A stretch of DNA of 64,000 bases from Planctomycetota bacterium. GTDB taxonomy: Bacteria > Planctomycetota > UBA1135 > UBA2386. This document shows positions 1-9,267 of the stretch, one piece after another (within the stretch, counting starts at the first letter, position 1; each line of letters opens with the position of its first letter). A program made the translations under genes and the position numbers. The notes below the pieces were generated by a model. That model saw only the letters and a program-made list of their open reading frames with translations, made no database searches and was not told the DNA's origin. Location: positions 30,641 to 94,640 of the forward strand of contig JBKDXM010000150.1 in assembly GCA_046306335.1 (NCBI GenBank), given 5' to 3'.

Positions 1-2
1 TG

Positions 3-704
3 TCGATCGGCGGCAACCACTTCATCCACGCCATGCGGCGCAACGTCGGGCTGAAGATCCTGATGTTCAACAACCGTATCTACGGGCTGACCAAGGGCCA
101 GTTCTCGCCGACCAGCGAGCAGGGCAAGGTCACCAAGAGCTCGCCGCTCGGCACCGTCGACTACCCGTTCTCGCCGATCGCGCTGGCGCTCGGCGCCGGC
201 GGCACGTTCGTCGCGCGCGGCGTCGACATCCTCGGCCCGCACCTCGAGGACATGGTCTGCCGCGCCAGCGCGCACGCCGGCACCGCCGTCGTCGAGATCT
301 ACCAGAACTGCAACATCTTCAACGACGGCGCCTACAAGGGCTTCACCGACAAGGAAGTGCGCGACGCCCGCCTGCTGTTCCTGCAGCACGGCCAGCCGCT
401 GCTGTTCGGCGCCAACAAGGACCAGGGCCTCGCGTTCGACGCCAACTTCCGGCCGTGCCTCGTGTCGGGCGGCGACCTCGGCAAGGCCTACGTCTGGGAC
501 GAGACCGCCGAGAGCCCAGCACCGGCGATGGCGCTGGCGACGATGAGCGAGAGCGAGTTCCCGGTGCCGGTGGGGGTCTTCCGCCGGCGCGACAAGCCGA
601 CCTTCGAGGACGGCCTGCAGGCGCAGATCGCCGCCGCCAAGGCGAAGAAGCAGGAGTCGCTGCGCGACCTGCTGTACGCGGGCGAGGTCTGGGACGTCGG
701 CTGA
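3..704 (+). CDS. korB: 2-oxoacid:ferredoxin oxidoreductase subunit beta (5'-truncated by window edge)
   Basis: Frame is open from position 3 (SIGGNHFIHAMRRN). The TPP-binding region NNRIYGLTKGQFSPTS and VEIYQNCNIFNDG are typical of OFOR beta subunits. Confidence 0.9.
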   Translation, partial: SIGGNHFIHAMRRNVGLKILMFNNRIYGLTKGQFSPTSEQGKVTKSSPLGTVDYPFSPIALALGAGGTFVARGVDILGPHLEDMVCRASAHAGTAVVEIYQNCNIFNDGAYKGFTDKEVRDARLLFLQHGQPLLFGANKDQGLAFDANFRPCLVSGGDLGKAYVWDETAESPAPAMALATMSESEFPVPVGVFRRRDKPTFEDGLQAQIAAAKAKKQESLRDLLYAGEVWDVG

Positions 705-813
705 CGGCGCGCGCGGCGGTCGGCGGTGCCGGCAGCGCGCGCCCTCGGGCCGGTGCCAAGGGGCGGTCGGGCTGCTGATGCTCCAAGTCGCAACCCCCCT
801 TGGGACTTCGTGC

Positions 814-843
814 TTGCGTCATATCATGATGTCGTGATATGGT
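814..843 (+). promoter_or_regulatory. Putative sigma70 promoter overlapped by a palindromic operator (SahR-type autoregulatory site)
   Basis: TTGCGT (814-819), then extended -10 TG-a-TATGGT (835-843). The dyad CATATCAtgatgtcgTGATATG (820-841) fills the spacer, directly upstream of the ArsR-methyltransferase/ahcY pair. Confidence 0.7.
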
Positions 844-853
844 GTTCCCGTCG

Positions 854-1831
854 ATGGCCACTGCGCTCGCCAGCCTGCACACGACCCTGAAGCTGCTCTC
901 GGACCCGGTCCGGCTGCGGCTGTGTGCACTGCTGTCGCGGGCCGAACTGGCCGTGCAGGAACTGGTCGCCGTCACCGGCATGCAGCAGAGCCGGATCAGC
1001 AACCACCTGTCGCTGCTCAAGCGCGCCGGGCTCGTGCGCGACCGCCGCGAAGGGTCGTGGAGCTTCCACCGCCTCGTCGAGCCGAGCGAAGACGGCCCGC
1101 TGTCGCCGTCGCTGTTCGCCGCCACCGTCGAGCCGCTGCTCGCCAGCGACGTCGGCGGTGCCGACGCCAAGGCGTTGCGCGCCGTGCTCGACCAGCGGCG
1201 GCAGAAGAGCCGGCAGGCGCACGACGCGCTCGCCGACCGGTGGCGCGCCGTCGGCGAGGAGTTCGCGTCGGGCACGCTGCGCGCTGAACTCGTCGCGCTG
1301 GCATGGCCGGCCGGCGGCCGCGTCGCCGACCTCGGCTGTGGCGCCGGCTTCCTGGCGTCGTGGCTCGCCGCGCACGGCGGCGACGTCGTCGCCGTCGACC
1401 ACAGCGAGCGCATGCTCGGTGCCGCGCGTCGTGCCGCCGCCGGCGGCCGCGTCGCCTTCCGCGTCGGCGAGCTCGACGCGCTGCCGCTCGCCGACGGCGA
1501 GGTCGACGCCGCCTTCAGCAACCTCGTCTGGCACCACCTGCCCGACCACGACGCCGCCGCGCGCGAGACGCTGCGCGTGCTGCGTCCGGGCGGCAGGGTG
1601 GTCGTCAGCGACCTGCAGCCGCACGAGCGCGAGTGGATGCGCGAGCGTATGGGCGACCTGCGCCTGGGCCTCAAGCCCGAGCAGGTCGTCGGCGCGCTGG
1701 CCCGCGCCGGCTTCGGCGACCTGCGGGTCGAGCTGCTGCACGACCGCCACCGCGTCGCCGCCAGCGACGCCGAAACCGTCGACTTCCCGATGTTCGCGGT
1801 GCGCGGCGTCAAGCCCGCGTCCCGCGCCTGA
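854..1831 (+). CDS. sahR: ArsR-family HTH + class I SAM-methyltransferase-fold regulator (SahR-like)
   Basis: N-terminal LSDPVRLRL...QSRISNHLSLLKRAGLV (ArsR HTH) and C-terminal VADLGCGAG, LRPGGRVVVSD. Lies directly before ahcY. ATG854 is preferred over ATG839, which overlaps the -10 box. Confidence 0.85.
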   Translation: MATALASLHTTLKLLSDPVRLRLCALLSRAELAVQELVAVTGMQQSRISNHLSLLKRAGLVRDRREGSWSFHRLVEPSEDGPLSPSLFAATVEPLLASDVGGADAKALRAVLDQRRQKSRQAHDALADRWRAVGEEFASGTLRAELVALAWPAGGRVADLGCGAGFLASWLAAHGGDVVAVDHSERMLGAARRAAAGGRVAFRVGELDALPLADGEVDAAFSNLVWHHLPDHDAAARETLRVLRPGGRVVVSDLQPHEREWMRERMGDLRLGLKPEQVVGALARAGFGDLRVELLHDRHRVAASDAETVDFPMFAVRGVKPASRA

Positions 1832-1873
1832 CCTTCCCTGATTCCCAAGCCCCGAACGACGAACGAGAGAACG

Positions 1874-3361
1874 ATGACCACGATCAACGCTCCCAAGACC
1901 AAGGCCGGCAAGCCCAAGGTGCTCGGCCCGAACGACTTCAAGGTCAAGGACCTTTCCCTGGCCGACTTCGGCCGCAAGGAGATGCAGCTCGCCGAAGTCG
2001 AGATGCCCGGCCTGATGGCGCTGCGCGAGGAGTACCGCAAGAAGCAGCCGCTGAAGGGCGCGCGCATCATCGGTTCGCTGCACATGACCATCCAGACGGC
2101 AGTGCTGATCGAGACGCTGGTCGAGCTCGGCGCCGAGGTCCGCTGGGCCTCGTGCAACATCTTCAGCACGCAGGACCACGCTGCCGCGGCGATCGCCGTC
2201 GGCCCGAAGGGCACCGTCGACAAGCCGATGGGCGTGCCGGTCTTCGCCTGGAAGGGCGAGACGCTGGAGGAGTACTGGTGGTGCACGGAGCAGGCGCTCA
2301 CGTGGCCCGGCGAGGACGGCCCGAACATGATCCTCGACGACGGCGGCGACGCGACGATGATGATCATGAAGGGCGCCGAGTGGGAGAAGGCCGGCAAGGT
2401 CCCCGTGGCCAAGAAGGACGACGGTGAGGACTGGGTCGAGCTGCTCAAGTGCATGAAGGCGTCGATCGCCGCCAACGACCGCAAGTGGTCGAAGATGCTG
2501 CCGGGCGTCCGCGGCGTCAGCGAGGAGACGACGACGGGCGTGCACCGCCTCTACCAGATGGAGAAGGCCGGCGTGCTGCCGTTCCCGGCGATGAACGTCA
2601 ACGACAGCGTGACGAAGTCGAAGTTCGACAACGTCTACGGCTGCCGTCACTCGCTGACCGACGGCCTGATGCGCGCGACGGACGTCATGCTGTCGGGCAA
2701 GGTCGCGGTCGTCTGCGGCTATGGCGACGTCGGCAAGGGCAGCGCCCAGTCGCTGAAGGGCCAGGGCGCCCGCGTCATCGTGACCGAGATCGACCCGATC
2801 TGCGCGCTGCAGGCCGCGATGGAGGGCTACCAGGTCCTCACCATCGAGGACTGCGTCGACTACGCCGACATCTTCGTCACGGCGACCGGCAACTACCAGG
2901 TCATCACGGTCGACCACATGAAGCGGATGAAGAACAACGCGATCGTCGCGAACATCGGCCACTTCGACAACGAGATCGACATGGCCGGCCTCGCCAAGGT
3001 CGCCGGCGTCCGCAAGGAGAACATCAAGCCGCAGACCGACCGCTGGGTGTTCGAGGACGGCCACGGCGTGATCGTGCTCGCCGAAGGCCGCCTGATGAAC
3101 CTCGGCTGCGCCACCGGCCACCCGAGCTTCGTCATGTCGAACAGCTTCACCAACCAGGTGATCGCGCAGATCGAGCTGTTCAACAACCACAAGAGCTACG
3201 AGACGCGCGTGCACACGCTGCCCAAGCACCTCGACGAGAAGGTCGCGCGCCTGCACCTCGCCAAGCTCGGCGTGAAGCTGACGAAGCTGTCGAAGAAGCA
3301 GTCGGAGTACCTCGGCATCGGCGCCGAGGGCCCGTTCAAGCCGGTCCACTACCGGTACTGA
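1874..3361 (+). CDS. ahcY: Adenosylhomocysteinase
   Basis: Motifs [66 protein letters not shown]-terminal [10 protein letters not shown]. Confidence 0.98.
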   Translation: MTTINAPKTKAGKPKVLGPNDFKVKDLSLADFGRKEMQLAEVEMPGLMALREEYRKKQPLKGARIIGSLHMTIQTAVLIETLVELGAEVRWASCNIFSTQDHAAAAIAVGPKGTVDKPMGVPVFAWKGETLEEYWWCTEQALTWPGEDGPNMILDDGGDATMMIMKGAEWEKAGKVPVAKKDDGEDWVELLKCMKASIAANDRKWSKMLPGVRGVSEETTTGVHRLYQMEKAGVLPFPAMNVNDSVTKSKFDNVYGCRHSLTDGLMRATDVMLSGKVAVVCGYGDVGKGSAQSLKGQGARVIVTEIDPICALQAAMEGYQVLTIEDCVDYADIFVTATGNYQVITVDHMKRMKNNAIVANIGHFDNEIDMAGLAKVAGVRKENIKPQTDRWVFEDGHGVIVLAEGRLMNLGCATGHPSFVMSNSFTNQVIAQIELFNNHKSYETRVHTLPKHLDEKVARLHLAKLGVKLTKLSKKQSEYLGIGAEGPFKPVHYRY

Positions 3362-3371
3362 GCCGGCTCGC

Positions 3372-3397
3372 CCGGCAGACTCCTCGGAGTCTGCCGG
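3372..3397. terminator. Perfect inverted repeat between convergent ahcY and lepB
   Basis: CCGGCAGACTCC-TC-GGAGTCTGCCGG, with a second hairpin at about 3414-3442. No U-tract. Confidence 0.55.
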
Positions 3398-3442
3398 CGG
3401 ACCGATCGCGGCGCCGTGTCCCGGCGCGCATGCCGGGCACGG

Positions 3443-4024
3443 TCAGAGCAACGCCGCCCGCGCCGGCGGCCAGACGCGCGCGCGCACCGTGCCCAGCAGC
3501 AGCGCCGCCGGCACGATGCCGAAGTCGCGCGAGTCGGCGCTGACCGGTCGGTTGTCGCCGAGCACGAAGACGTGATCCGGCGGCACCACGAGCTCCGCCA
3601 TGTCGCAGTCGTCGCGCACGTGCTCGTGCTCGTCCGCCTCGCAGCCGTCCAGCAGCAAGCGGCCGTTGCGCAGCGCGATGCGGTCGCCCGGCAGGCCGAC
3701 GACCCGCTTGACGAAGTCGATCCCGGAGTCGACCGGGTTGCGCAGCACGACGACGTCGCCGCGACCGATCCGTTCGAGGCCGCGGTCGAGCCGGTCCACG
3801 ACGAGGCGATCGCCGTCGCGGAGCGTCGGCTCCATGGACGTGCCGCGCACGACGCTCACCTGGAACAGCGTCGTCTGCAGCAGCGCGGCGGCGGCGGCGA
3901 GCAGCGCCACGTCGCGGCAGCGGCCGCGGGCCTTGGCAGAGCTGCGCGCGAGCGCCTTCTCGTCCTTGTTCTGCGGCTTGCGGGGCACGCCGGCGCTATC
4001 GGCCGCCGGCGATGGTCGCTGCAT
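3443..4024 (-). CDS. lepB: Signal peptidase I
   Basis: Catalytic GTSMEPTL (Ser), FVKRVVGLPGD (Lys) and GDNRPVSADSR boxes, with an N-terminal TM segment. Start uncertain. Confidence 0.9.
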   Translation of the reverse strand: MQRPSPAADSAGVPRKPQNKDEKALARSSAKARGRCRDVALLAAAAALLQTTLFQVSVVRGTSMEPTLRDGDRLVVDRLDRGLERIGRGDVVVLRNPVDSGIDFVKRVVGLPGDRIALRNGRLLLDGCEADEHEHVRDDCDMAELVVPPDHVFVLGDNRPVSADSRDFGIVPAALLLGTVRARVWPPARAALL

Positions 4025-4176
4025 CGCGCCGGCTTCGTTGCGGGACGGTCTCTAAGCAGGCCGCCATGCCACGGGCGAACCGCGGCCATCGAGGCGCAAG
4101 CCTGGACTGGGCCTACAGGCCGACCACGGGTTGGACGAAAGTACGGTACGGATATGGACGGGGGGGCGACCACGAC

Positions 4177-5055
4177 ATGACGCGAGCGACACTCAATCTG
4201 CTGGCGCAACGGGAGACGACCCGGCGTGAGATCCTGCACAAGAGCGATCTCATTCCGCCGCTTCCCGATCTGGTCATGCGCGTGCTCGGCATGCTGAACG
4301 AGCCGACGACCGAACCCGAGGACCTGCAGGGCCTCGTGCAGAACGACCAGGTGCTGGTCGCGAAGATGCTGGCGACGGTCAACTCGGCGTTCTACGGGCT
4401 CAATCGGCCCATCCGCTCCATCAAGGAAGCGGTGATGGTCCTGGGGTTCCGCGGCGTGCGCAGTCTCGTGCTCGCCACCAGCACCGCGCGCCTGATGCAG
4501 CGCGACTTCCGGGCGTACGGCCACGAGCCGTTCGGCCTGTGGGCCCACGCGGTCGTGGTGGCCGCCGGCGGCCGGCGTCTGGCCACGGCCTGCCGCTTCA
4601 GCCCGGACGAGGCGGAGGCCGCCTTCATCGCCGGCCTCCTGCACGACATCGGCAAGCTGCTGCTCGTCGGCTACCTCGGCGACATGCCGACGATGCGCGG
4701 GACCCTGGCCGAACTGTGCGAGCAGGAGCGCCGCCACATCGGCCTGGACCACGCGGAGGCAGGCGGTCTCGTCGTGGCGCGCTGGAACCTCGCGCCGGAG
4801 ATCCAGGAAGTCTTCCAGCTGTCGCTGGCCGAAGGCGCCCAGCCATCGCGGCTCGCGGCGGCAGTCCGGGTCGCCGAGGCGTTCGCCCACGAGCGCAGCA
4901 TCGGCTTCCTTCCGGGCATGCAGCCCGCCGTCGAGTACCGGCCGGACGACTTCGCCGTGCTGGGCCTCGACGACGCGCGCTGGTCGGTCCTGCGCGACGA
5001 CCTCGTCAAGGCGATGGACGGCGCGCTGGCGGCGTTCAGCAAACTAGGGAGCTGA
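4177..5055 (+). CDS. HDOD domain protein
   Basis: IPPLP...NDQVLVAKMLATVNSAFYG...IKEAVMVLG, LWAHA, AGLLHDIGKL, DHAEAG..V..RWNL. Confidence 0.88.
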   Translation: MTRATLNLLAQRETTRREILHKSDLIPPLPDLVMRVLGMLNEPTTEPEDLQGLVQNDQVLVAKMLATVNSAFYGLNRPIRSIKEAVMVLGFRGVRSLVLATSTARLMQRDFRAYGHEPFGLWAHAVVVAAGGRRLATACRFSPDEAEAAFIAGLLHDIGKLLLVGYLGDMPTMRGTLAELCEQERRHIGLDHAEAGGLVVARWNLAPEIQEVFQLSLAEGAQPSRLAAAVRVAEAFAHERSIGFLPGMQPAVEYRPDDFAVLGLDDARWSVLRDDLVKAMDGALAAFSKLGS

Positions 5056-5060
5056 GCGCG

Positions 5061-6743
5061 ATGGGAGGCATGGCACTGGCACTCGACGATCGGCGCGGCG
5101 CTGCCCTGACCGCCCTGCATGGCGCGGGAACCGATGCCGAGGCCGATGCGGCCTTCCAGGGTCTGGTCGCCGCGATCGCGCCAGGCGTCCCCGCCGCGGC
5201 CTGCCTGTTCGACGACCATGGCGCCCGCGTGCAGGTGCGCGTGGCGACGCCCGGCTGCCCGCTGGCCGTGGGCCACGGCGTCGACGTCGCCGCGTGGCCG
5301 CTGCCCGCCGAGCAGCGGCTGCCGTTGAGCGTGCGCGGCGAGGAGTTCGGCGAGTTGCTGCTCGGCGCGGCGGTGGACGAGGAGACCTGCCGGCGCCTCG
5401 CCGAGGCGGCCGCCCAATACGCCGCGACGATCGCCAACCTAGCGCTGCTGGACCACGCCAGGCGCCTCAACAGCCGGCTCGGCGCCAAGTTGAACGCGGT
5501 CGAAGAGGCGATCCCGCTGTTCCACGAGGACACCACGGAGACCGTCCATGCGCGCCTGCTGCAGGTCGCGACGAACGTCGTCGAGGCGGTGGCCGGCGCG
5601 CTCTACGTGCTCGAAGAGGTCGGCAGCACGGACTCGAACCTGCGGCTCGCGCACGCGATCGGCATCCCGGAGTCGCTGCTGGAGTCGTTCGAGGCCATCG
5701 ACGGCGGCCCTTGGCCGCTCGCCCTGCTGCACGGCGGCGCGCGCATCGAACGCCGGTCGACGTCGACGACTTCCGTCGCGGGCCTCGCTCCGGGGTCGGT
5801 GCCGGAGCAGTTGCGCGGCGTCGTCGTGCTGCCGTTGACCTACAACGGCATCTGCGCCGGCGTCTGCGTGCTGTTCAACCCGGGCGTGCAGAGCTCGGAG
5901 GACCGCCTCGTCGCCGAGCGCATGGAGTCCTTCCTGGCGCTCGCGGCCGCGCTGCTGCACCGCCTCGACCTCGAGCGCAAGGCCGTCGCCAACCAGTCAC
6001 TCGAACGCGAACTGGAGATCGCCGCGCAGATCCAGAAGAGCAGCCTGCCGACCGAGCCGCCGACCACGCCGGTGTACGAGTTCGCCTGGTCGTCGACGCC
6101 GGCGCAGCGGATCGGCGGTGACCACATCGACTGGCTGGTCGGCAACGGCGGCGAGGTCCACGCGGTGCTGGCCGATGCTTCCGGCCACGGCATCAACTCG
6201 GCGCTGCTGATGACCTCGTATCGCGCCAACTGGCGCGGCAGCGCGCCGTGGCTGGCGACCGATGCGCTCGCCGAGCGGCTCAACGCGACCGTCGCCCACG
6301 AGGTCAGTTCGACCGGCATGTTCGTCACGGCCGTGTTGTTCCGGCTCGCGGCCGACGGCCGTTCAGCCCGGTTGTGCAACGCCGGTCATCCGTCCGTCCT
6401 GCACTGGCGCGCCGCGTCGTCCACCATCGAAGCGATCGGCGCCGACGGTCCGCCGCTCGGCTTCCTGCCCAGGCTCCAGTACGGCGATCGCGAGGTGCAG
6501 CTGGCCTCGGGGGACGCGCTCCTCTGCTACAGCGACGGCCTGACGGAAGCTGCTGCCGCGGGCGGACCGATGCTCGGCGAGGACCGGCTGCGCGCCGTGT
6601 TCGCCGCCGCCGCCCCCGGCCCGCCGGGGGAAACGCTGCGCTCGATCCGGCGGTTGCTGCACGAGTGGACCGGTCGCGACCGGCAGGACGACGACGTATC
6701 GATCGTCGTCGTCAAGGTGCGCGGTCCGCGCGACGCGTCGTGA
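5061..6743 (+). CDS. GAF-like sensor + SpoIIE/PP2C (RsbU-type) phosphatase
   Basis: RELEIAAQIQKSSLP, IGGD, LADASGHG, CNAGHP, YSDGLTEA, QDDDVSIVVV. Start is 5061 or 5070. The 734-aa track ORF has a spurious N-terminal extension. Confidence 0.85.
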   Translation: MGGMALALDDRRGAALTALHGAGTDAEADAAFQGLVAAIAPGVPAAACLFDDHGARVQVRVATPGCPLAVGHGVDVAAWPLPAEQRLPLSVRGEEFGELLLGAAVDEETCRRLAEAAAQYAATIANLALLDHARRLNSRLGAKLNAVEEAIPLFHEDTTETVHARLLQVATNVVEAVAGALYVLEEVGSTDSNLRLAHAIGIPESLLESFEAIDGGPWPLALLHGGARIERRSTSTTSVAGLAPGSVPEQLRGVVVLPLTYNGICAGVCVLFNPGVQSSEDRLVAERMESFLALAAALLHRLDLERKAVANQSLERELEIAAQIQKSSLPTEPPTTPVYEFAWSSTPAQRIGGDHIDWLVGNGGEVHAVLADASGHGINSALLMTSYRANWRGSAPWLATDALAERLNATVAHEVSSTGMFVTAVLFRLAADGRSARLCNAGHPSVLHWRAASSTIEAIGADGPPLGFLPRLQYGDREVQLASGDALLCYSDGLTEAAAAGGPMLGEDRLRAVFAAAAPGPPGETLRSIRRLLHEWTGRDRQDDDVSIVVVKVRGPRDAS

Positions 6744-6782
6744 TCGCCGGTCGCGGCTCGCGGCGCTGCGACCGCCCGGCGG

Positions 6783-8225
6783 TCAGAAGTGCCGGCGCCG
6801 CGTGCTGCTCGCGATGCCGAGGGCCTTGCGGTACTTGGTGATCGTGCGGCGCGCGACGTGGATGCCGCGTTTGCCCAGCTCGTTCACGAGGTCGTCGTCG
6901 GACAGCGGATGGTCCTTGTCCTCGGCGTCGACGATGCCCTTCAGCGTGTCCTTGATCGCCTGCTGGCTGACCATGTCGCCGGCGTCGGACATCGTGCCGC
7001 TGCTGAAGAAGCGCTTCATGTCGAACACGCCCTGCGGCGTCTGGATGTACTTGCCCGACGTCGCGCGGCTGACCGTCGAGATGTGCACGCGCACCGCGTC
7101 GGCGATGTCCTGCATCTTCATCGGCTTCAGGTGCTGCACGCCGTGGCGCAGGAAGCCCTCCTGGCGGCGCACCACTTCGGTGGCCACGCGCTCGATCGTG
7201 TTCTGGCGTTGGTGCAGCGCCTCGATGAACCACTTGGCGGCGTCGATCTTGCGCCGCAGGTACTCGTAGACCTTCGGGTCGTTCTTCGCTTCCTGCAGCA
7301 GGCTGCGGTACACGCCGCTGATGGCGAGATCGGGCAGTGCGCCGCGCTGCGACTTGACCTCGAACCGCCCGTCGACCTCCTCGACGACGACGTCGGGCAC
7401 GACGCCGCTCGCCGGGCCGGCGCCGAACTCCGAACCCGGATGGGGGCTGCAATGGAGCTTGAGGAACTCCCATGCCTCCTTGATGGCGTCGATCGTCGCG
7501 CCGGTGTCCTTCGCGATCTTGGGCAGCTTGTTCATCGCGAGGTCGTCGAGGTGCTCCTCGACCAACCGCCGCGTCAGCGCCGGCACGTAGGTCAGATGGT
7601 CGAGCTGCATCAGCAGGCAGTCCCGCAGGTCGCGGGCGCCGACGCCGACCGGCTCGAGATCGCGCACGACCTGAACCGCCTCCTGGGCGAGCGGGATCGG
7701 CACCAGCAACTGTTGGGCGACCTGTTCCGGCGTGTCGGCGAGCCGGCCGTCCTCGTCGAGCGAGAACACGACGTGTTCGACGACCCGGATTAGCTCCTCG
7801 TCCTTCTCCTGCGTGCGCACCTGGGTCATCAGGTGCTCGGCGAGCGAGGTGGCCCGCCCCGGCGTGTTGGCGAGCGCCTCGAGCTTCTTGTCTTCCTCCT
7901 CGCCGCCCGCGCCGCTGCCGGCGCGGTTGCGCCACGACGTGTCGTTGCGCGACTCCAGTTGCTCGATCTCGGCGGCGAACTCGCGCTGCAGGCGGTCCTC
8001 GTACGGGGTCTCGGGCGCGGCTGCCTCGCCGGCGGCGGTGGCGCCGGCGTCCTGGCGTTCGGCCTCGTCCTTGCGCTCGAGGAAGACGTTCTCCTGCAGT
8101 TCCTGCTCGATCTGGTCCTTCAGCTCCATCAACGGCAGCTGCAGCACCTGCATCGCCTGGATCATCTGCGGCGATTGCACGAGGCGCTGCTCGGCGCGCA
8201 TCGATTGGGACAGGCCGAGTCGCAT
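6783..8225 (-). CDS. rpoN: RNA polymerase sigma-54 factor
   Basis: Region I QSPQMIQAMQVLQLP, EPVGVGARDLRDCL, HISTVSRATSGKY, PLSD, RpoN box ARRTITKYR. Confidence 0.96.
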   Translation of the reverse strand: MRLGLSQSMRAEQRLVQSPQMIQAMQVLQLPLMELKDQIEQELQENVFLERKDEAERQDAGATAAGEAAAPETPYEDRLQREFAAEIEQLESRNDTSWRNRAGSGAGGEEEDKKLEALANTPGRATSLAEHLMTQVRTQEKDEELIRVVEHVVFSLDEDGRLADTPEQVAQQLLVPIPLAQEAVQVVRDLEPVGVGARDLRDCLLMQLDHLTYVPALTRRLVEEHLDDLAMNKLPKIAKDTGATIDAIKEAWEFLKLHCSPHPGSEFGAGPASGVVPDVVVEEVDGRFEVKSQRGALPDLAISGVYRSLLQEAKNDPKVYEYLRRKIDAAKWFIEALHQRQNTIERVATEVVRRQEGFLRHGVQHLKPMKMQDIADAVRVHISTVSRATSGKYIQTPQGVFDMKRFFSSGTMSDAGDMVSQQAIKDTLKGIVDAEDKDHPLSDDDLVNELGKRGIHVARRTITKYRKALGIASSTRRRHF

Positions 8226-8281
8226 ACGGGATGTTGTAGCCCCGCTGCGCAGCAGCGTCACGGCCCGAACGAACCGGCAGG

Positions 8282-9187
8282 TCAGCGCCCGCCGCGCAGG
8301 CCCTTCAGCGCGGCGAAGTAGCCGCTGTAGAACGTGACCAGGATCCAGAGCACCGCCGCGATGGTCAGCGCGTAGGCGGCGGCGCCGAGCCCGCGGCCGA
8401 GCGCGGCGAGCGTCCGACCGTGCACGTCGCGGCGGCGCTGCAGCGCGCGCGCGAGCGCGTCCTCCAGCTGGCCGGCCATCTCGCCCGTCTGCAGCAGCTG
8501 GCGGCTCTCGGGGTGCAGCGCCAGCGCCGTGGCGAGGCCTTCGTGCAGCGGCCGGCCGTCGCGCACCATCCGGTCGGCGAGGCGCAGTCGCTCCGCCGCC
8601 TGCCCGGGCGGCGCGGACTCGACCGCCGCCGCGTGCGCCTGCCGCATCGGCACGCCAGCGCCGTAGAGCGCGTGCAGCGTCTCCAGGTACGGGATCTCGG
8701 CCGCGGCGTCCAGCAGGCCGGCGGCCCACGGCAGGCGGCGCGGCCACGCCGCGCCCGCCCGCACGGCGCGGCGGGTCCCCGCGAACGCCGCGGCGAGGGC
8801 GGCGTAGAGGCCGAGGACGGCGACCGCCGGTCCCTTGCCGATCACCCACGACGCGGCGAACGCGGCGAACGGCAGCGCGATGGCCAGCACCAGCGGATAG
8901 CGCAGGCCCGCCCAGGCCTGTCGGCCGAAGGCCGCGCGCTGGGCGCGCCCGACGGCGCACGCGCGCAGGGTCGCGGCCGCCTTGCCGGCCCGCCAGCCGT
9001 GCATCAGCACGACGTCCTCGGTCGGCGTCAGTTGCACGCCGCGCGCCTGCACGGCGGCGTGCAGCGCGCGGTCGCCGGCGGCCGGCGCGCCGCCGATCGC
9101 GGCCAGCGGCAGGCCGGCGTCGAGCGCGCTGGCGAGGTCCTGGAAGCAGAGCTCGGCGCGCTCGTTCGCGGCGATCGACGGGAACAT
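8282..9187 (-). CDS. Type II secretion system F / PilC-family inner membrane platform protein (short, divergent)
   Basis: LASALDAGLPL, LRYP + TM, LYGAGVP, GEMAGQLEDAL + C-terminal TM, matching the two-repeat T2SSF pattern. Confidence 0.7.
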   Translation of the reverse strand: MFPSIAANERAELCFQDLASALDAGLPLAAIGGAPAAGDRALHAAVQARGVQLTPTEDVVLMHGWRAGKAAATLRACAVGRAQRAAFGRQAWAGLRYPLVLAIALPFAAFAASWVIGKGPAVAVLGLYAALAAAFAGTRRAVRAGAAWPRRLPWAAGLLDAAAEIPYLETLHALYGAGVPMRQAHAAAVESAPPGQAAERLRLADRMVRDGRPLHEGLATALALHPESRQLLQTGEMAGQLEDALARALQRRRDVHGRTLAALGRGLGAAAYALTIAAVLWILVTFYSGYFAALKGLRGGR

Positions 9188-9267
9188 CACCGTCAGTCTG
9201 GGCGAGCCGTGCCCGTGCGGCAAGGCCCGCGCTTCTGCCGGCGCGCGGCTTCTGCGACCATGCCGCC

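Noticed and set aside
756-850. Possible SAH, SAM or fluoride riboswitch upstream of sahR-ahcY (stem CCAAGGGG/CCCCTTGG, GCTGATG, ATGGTGTTC)
   Set aside because: The elements are not in the order of any riboswitch I know and mostly lie upstream of the predicted promoter. A protein operator explains the region better.
4055-4071. Sigma54-like sequence TGGCATGGCGGCCTGCT upstream of lepB (minus strand)
   Set aside because: GG-to-GC spacing is 11 nt, not the strictly required 10.
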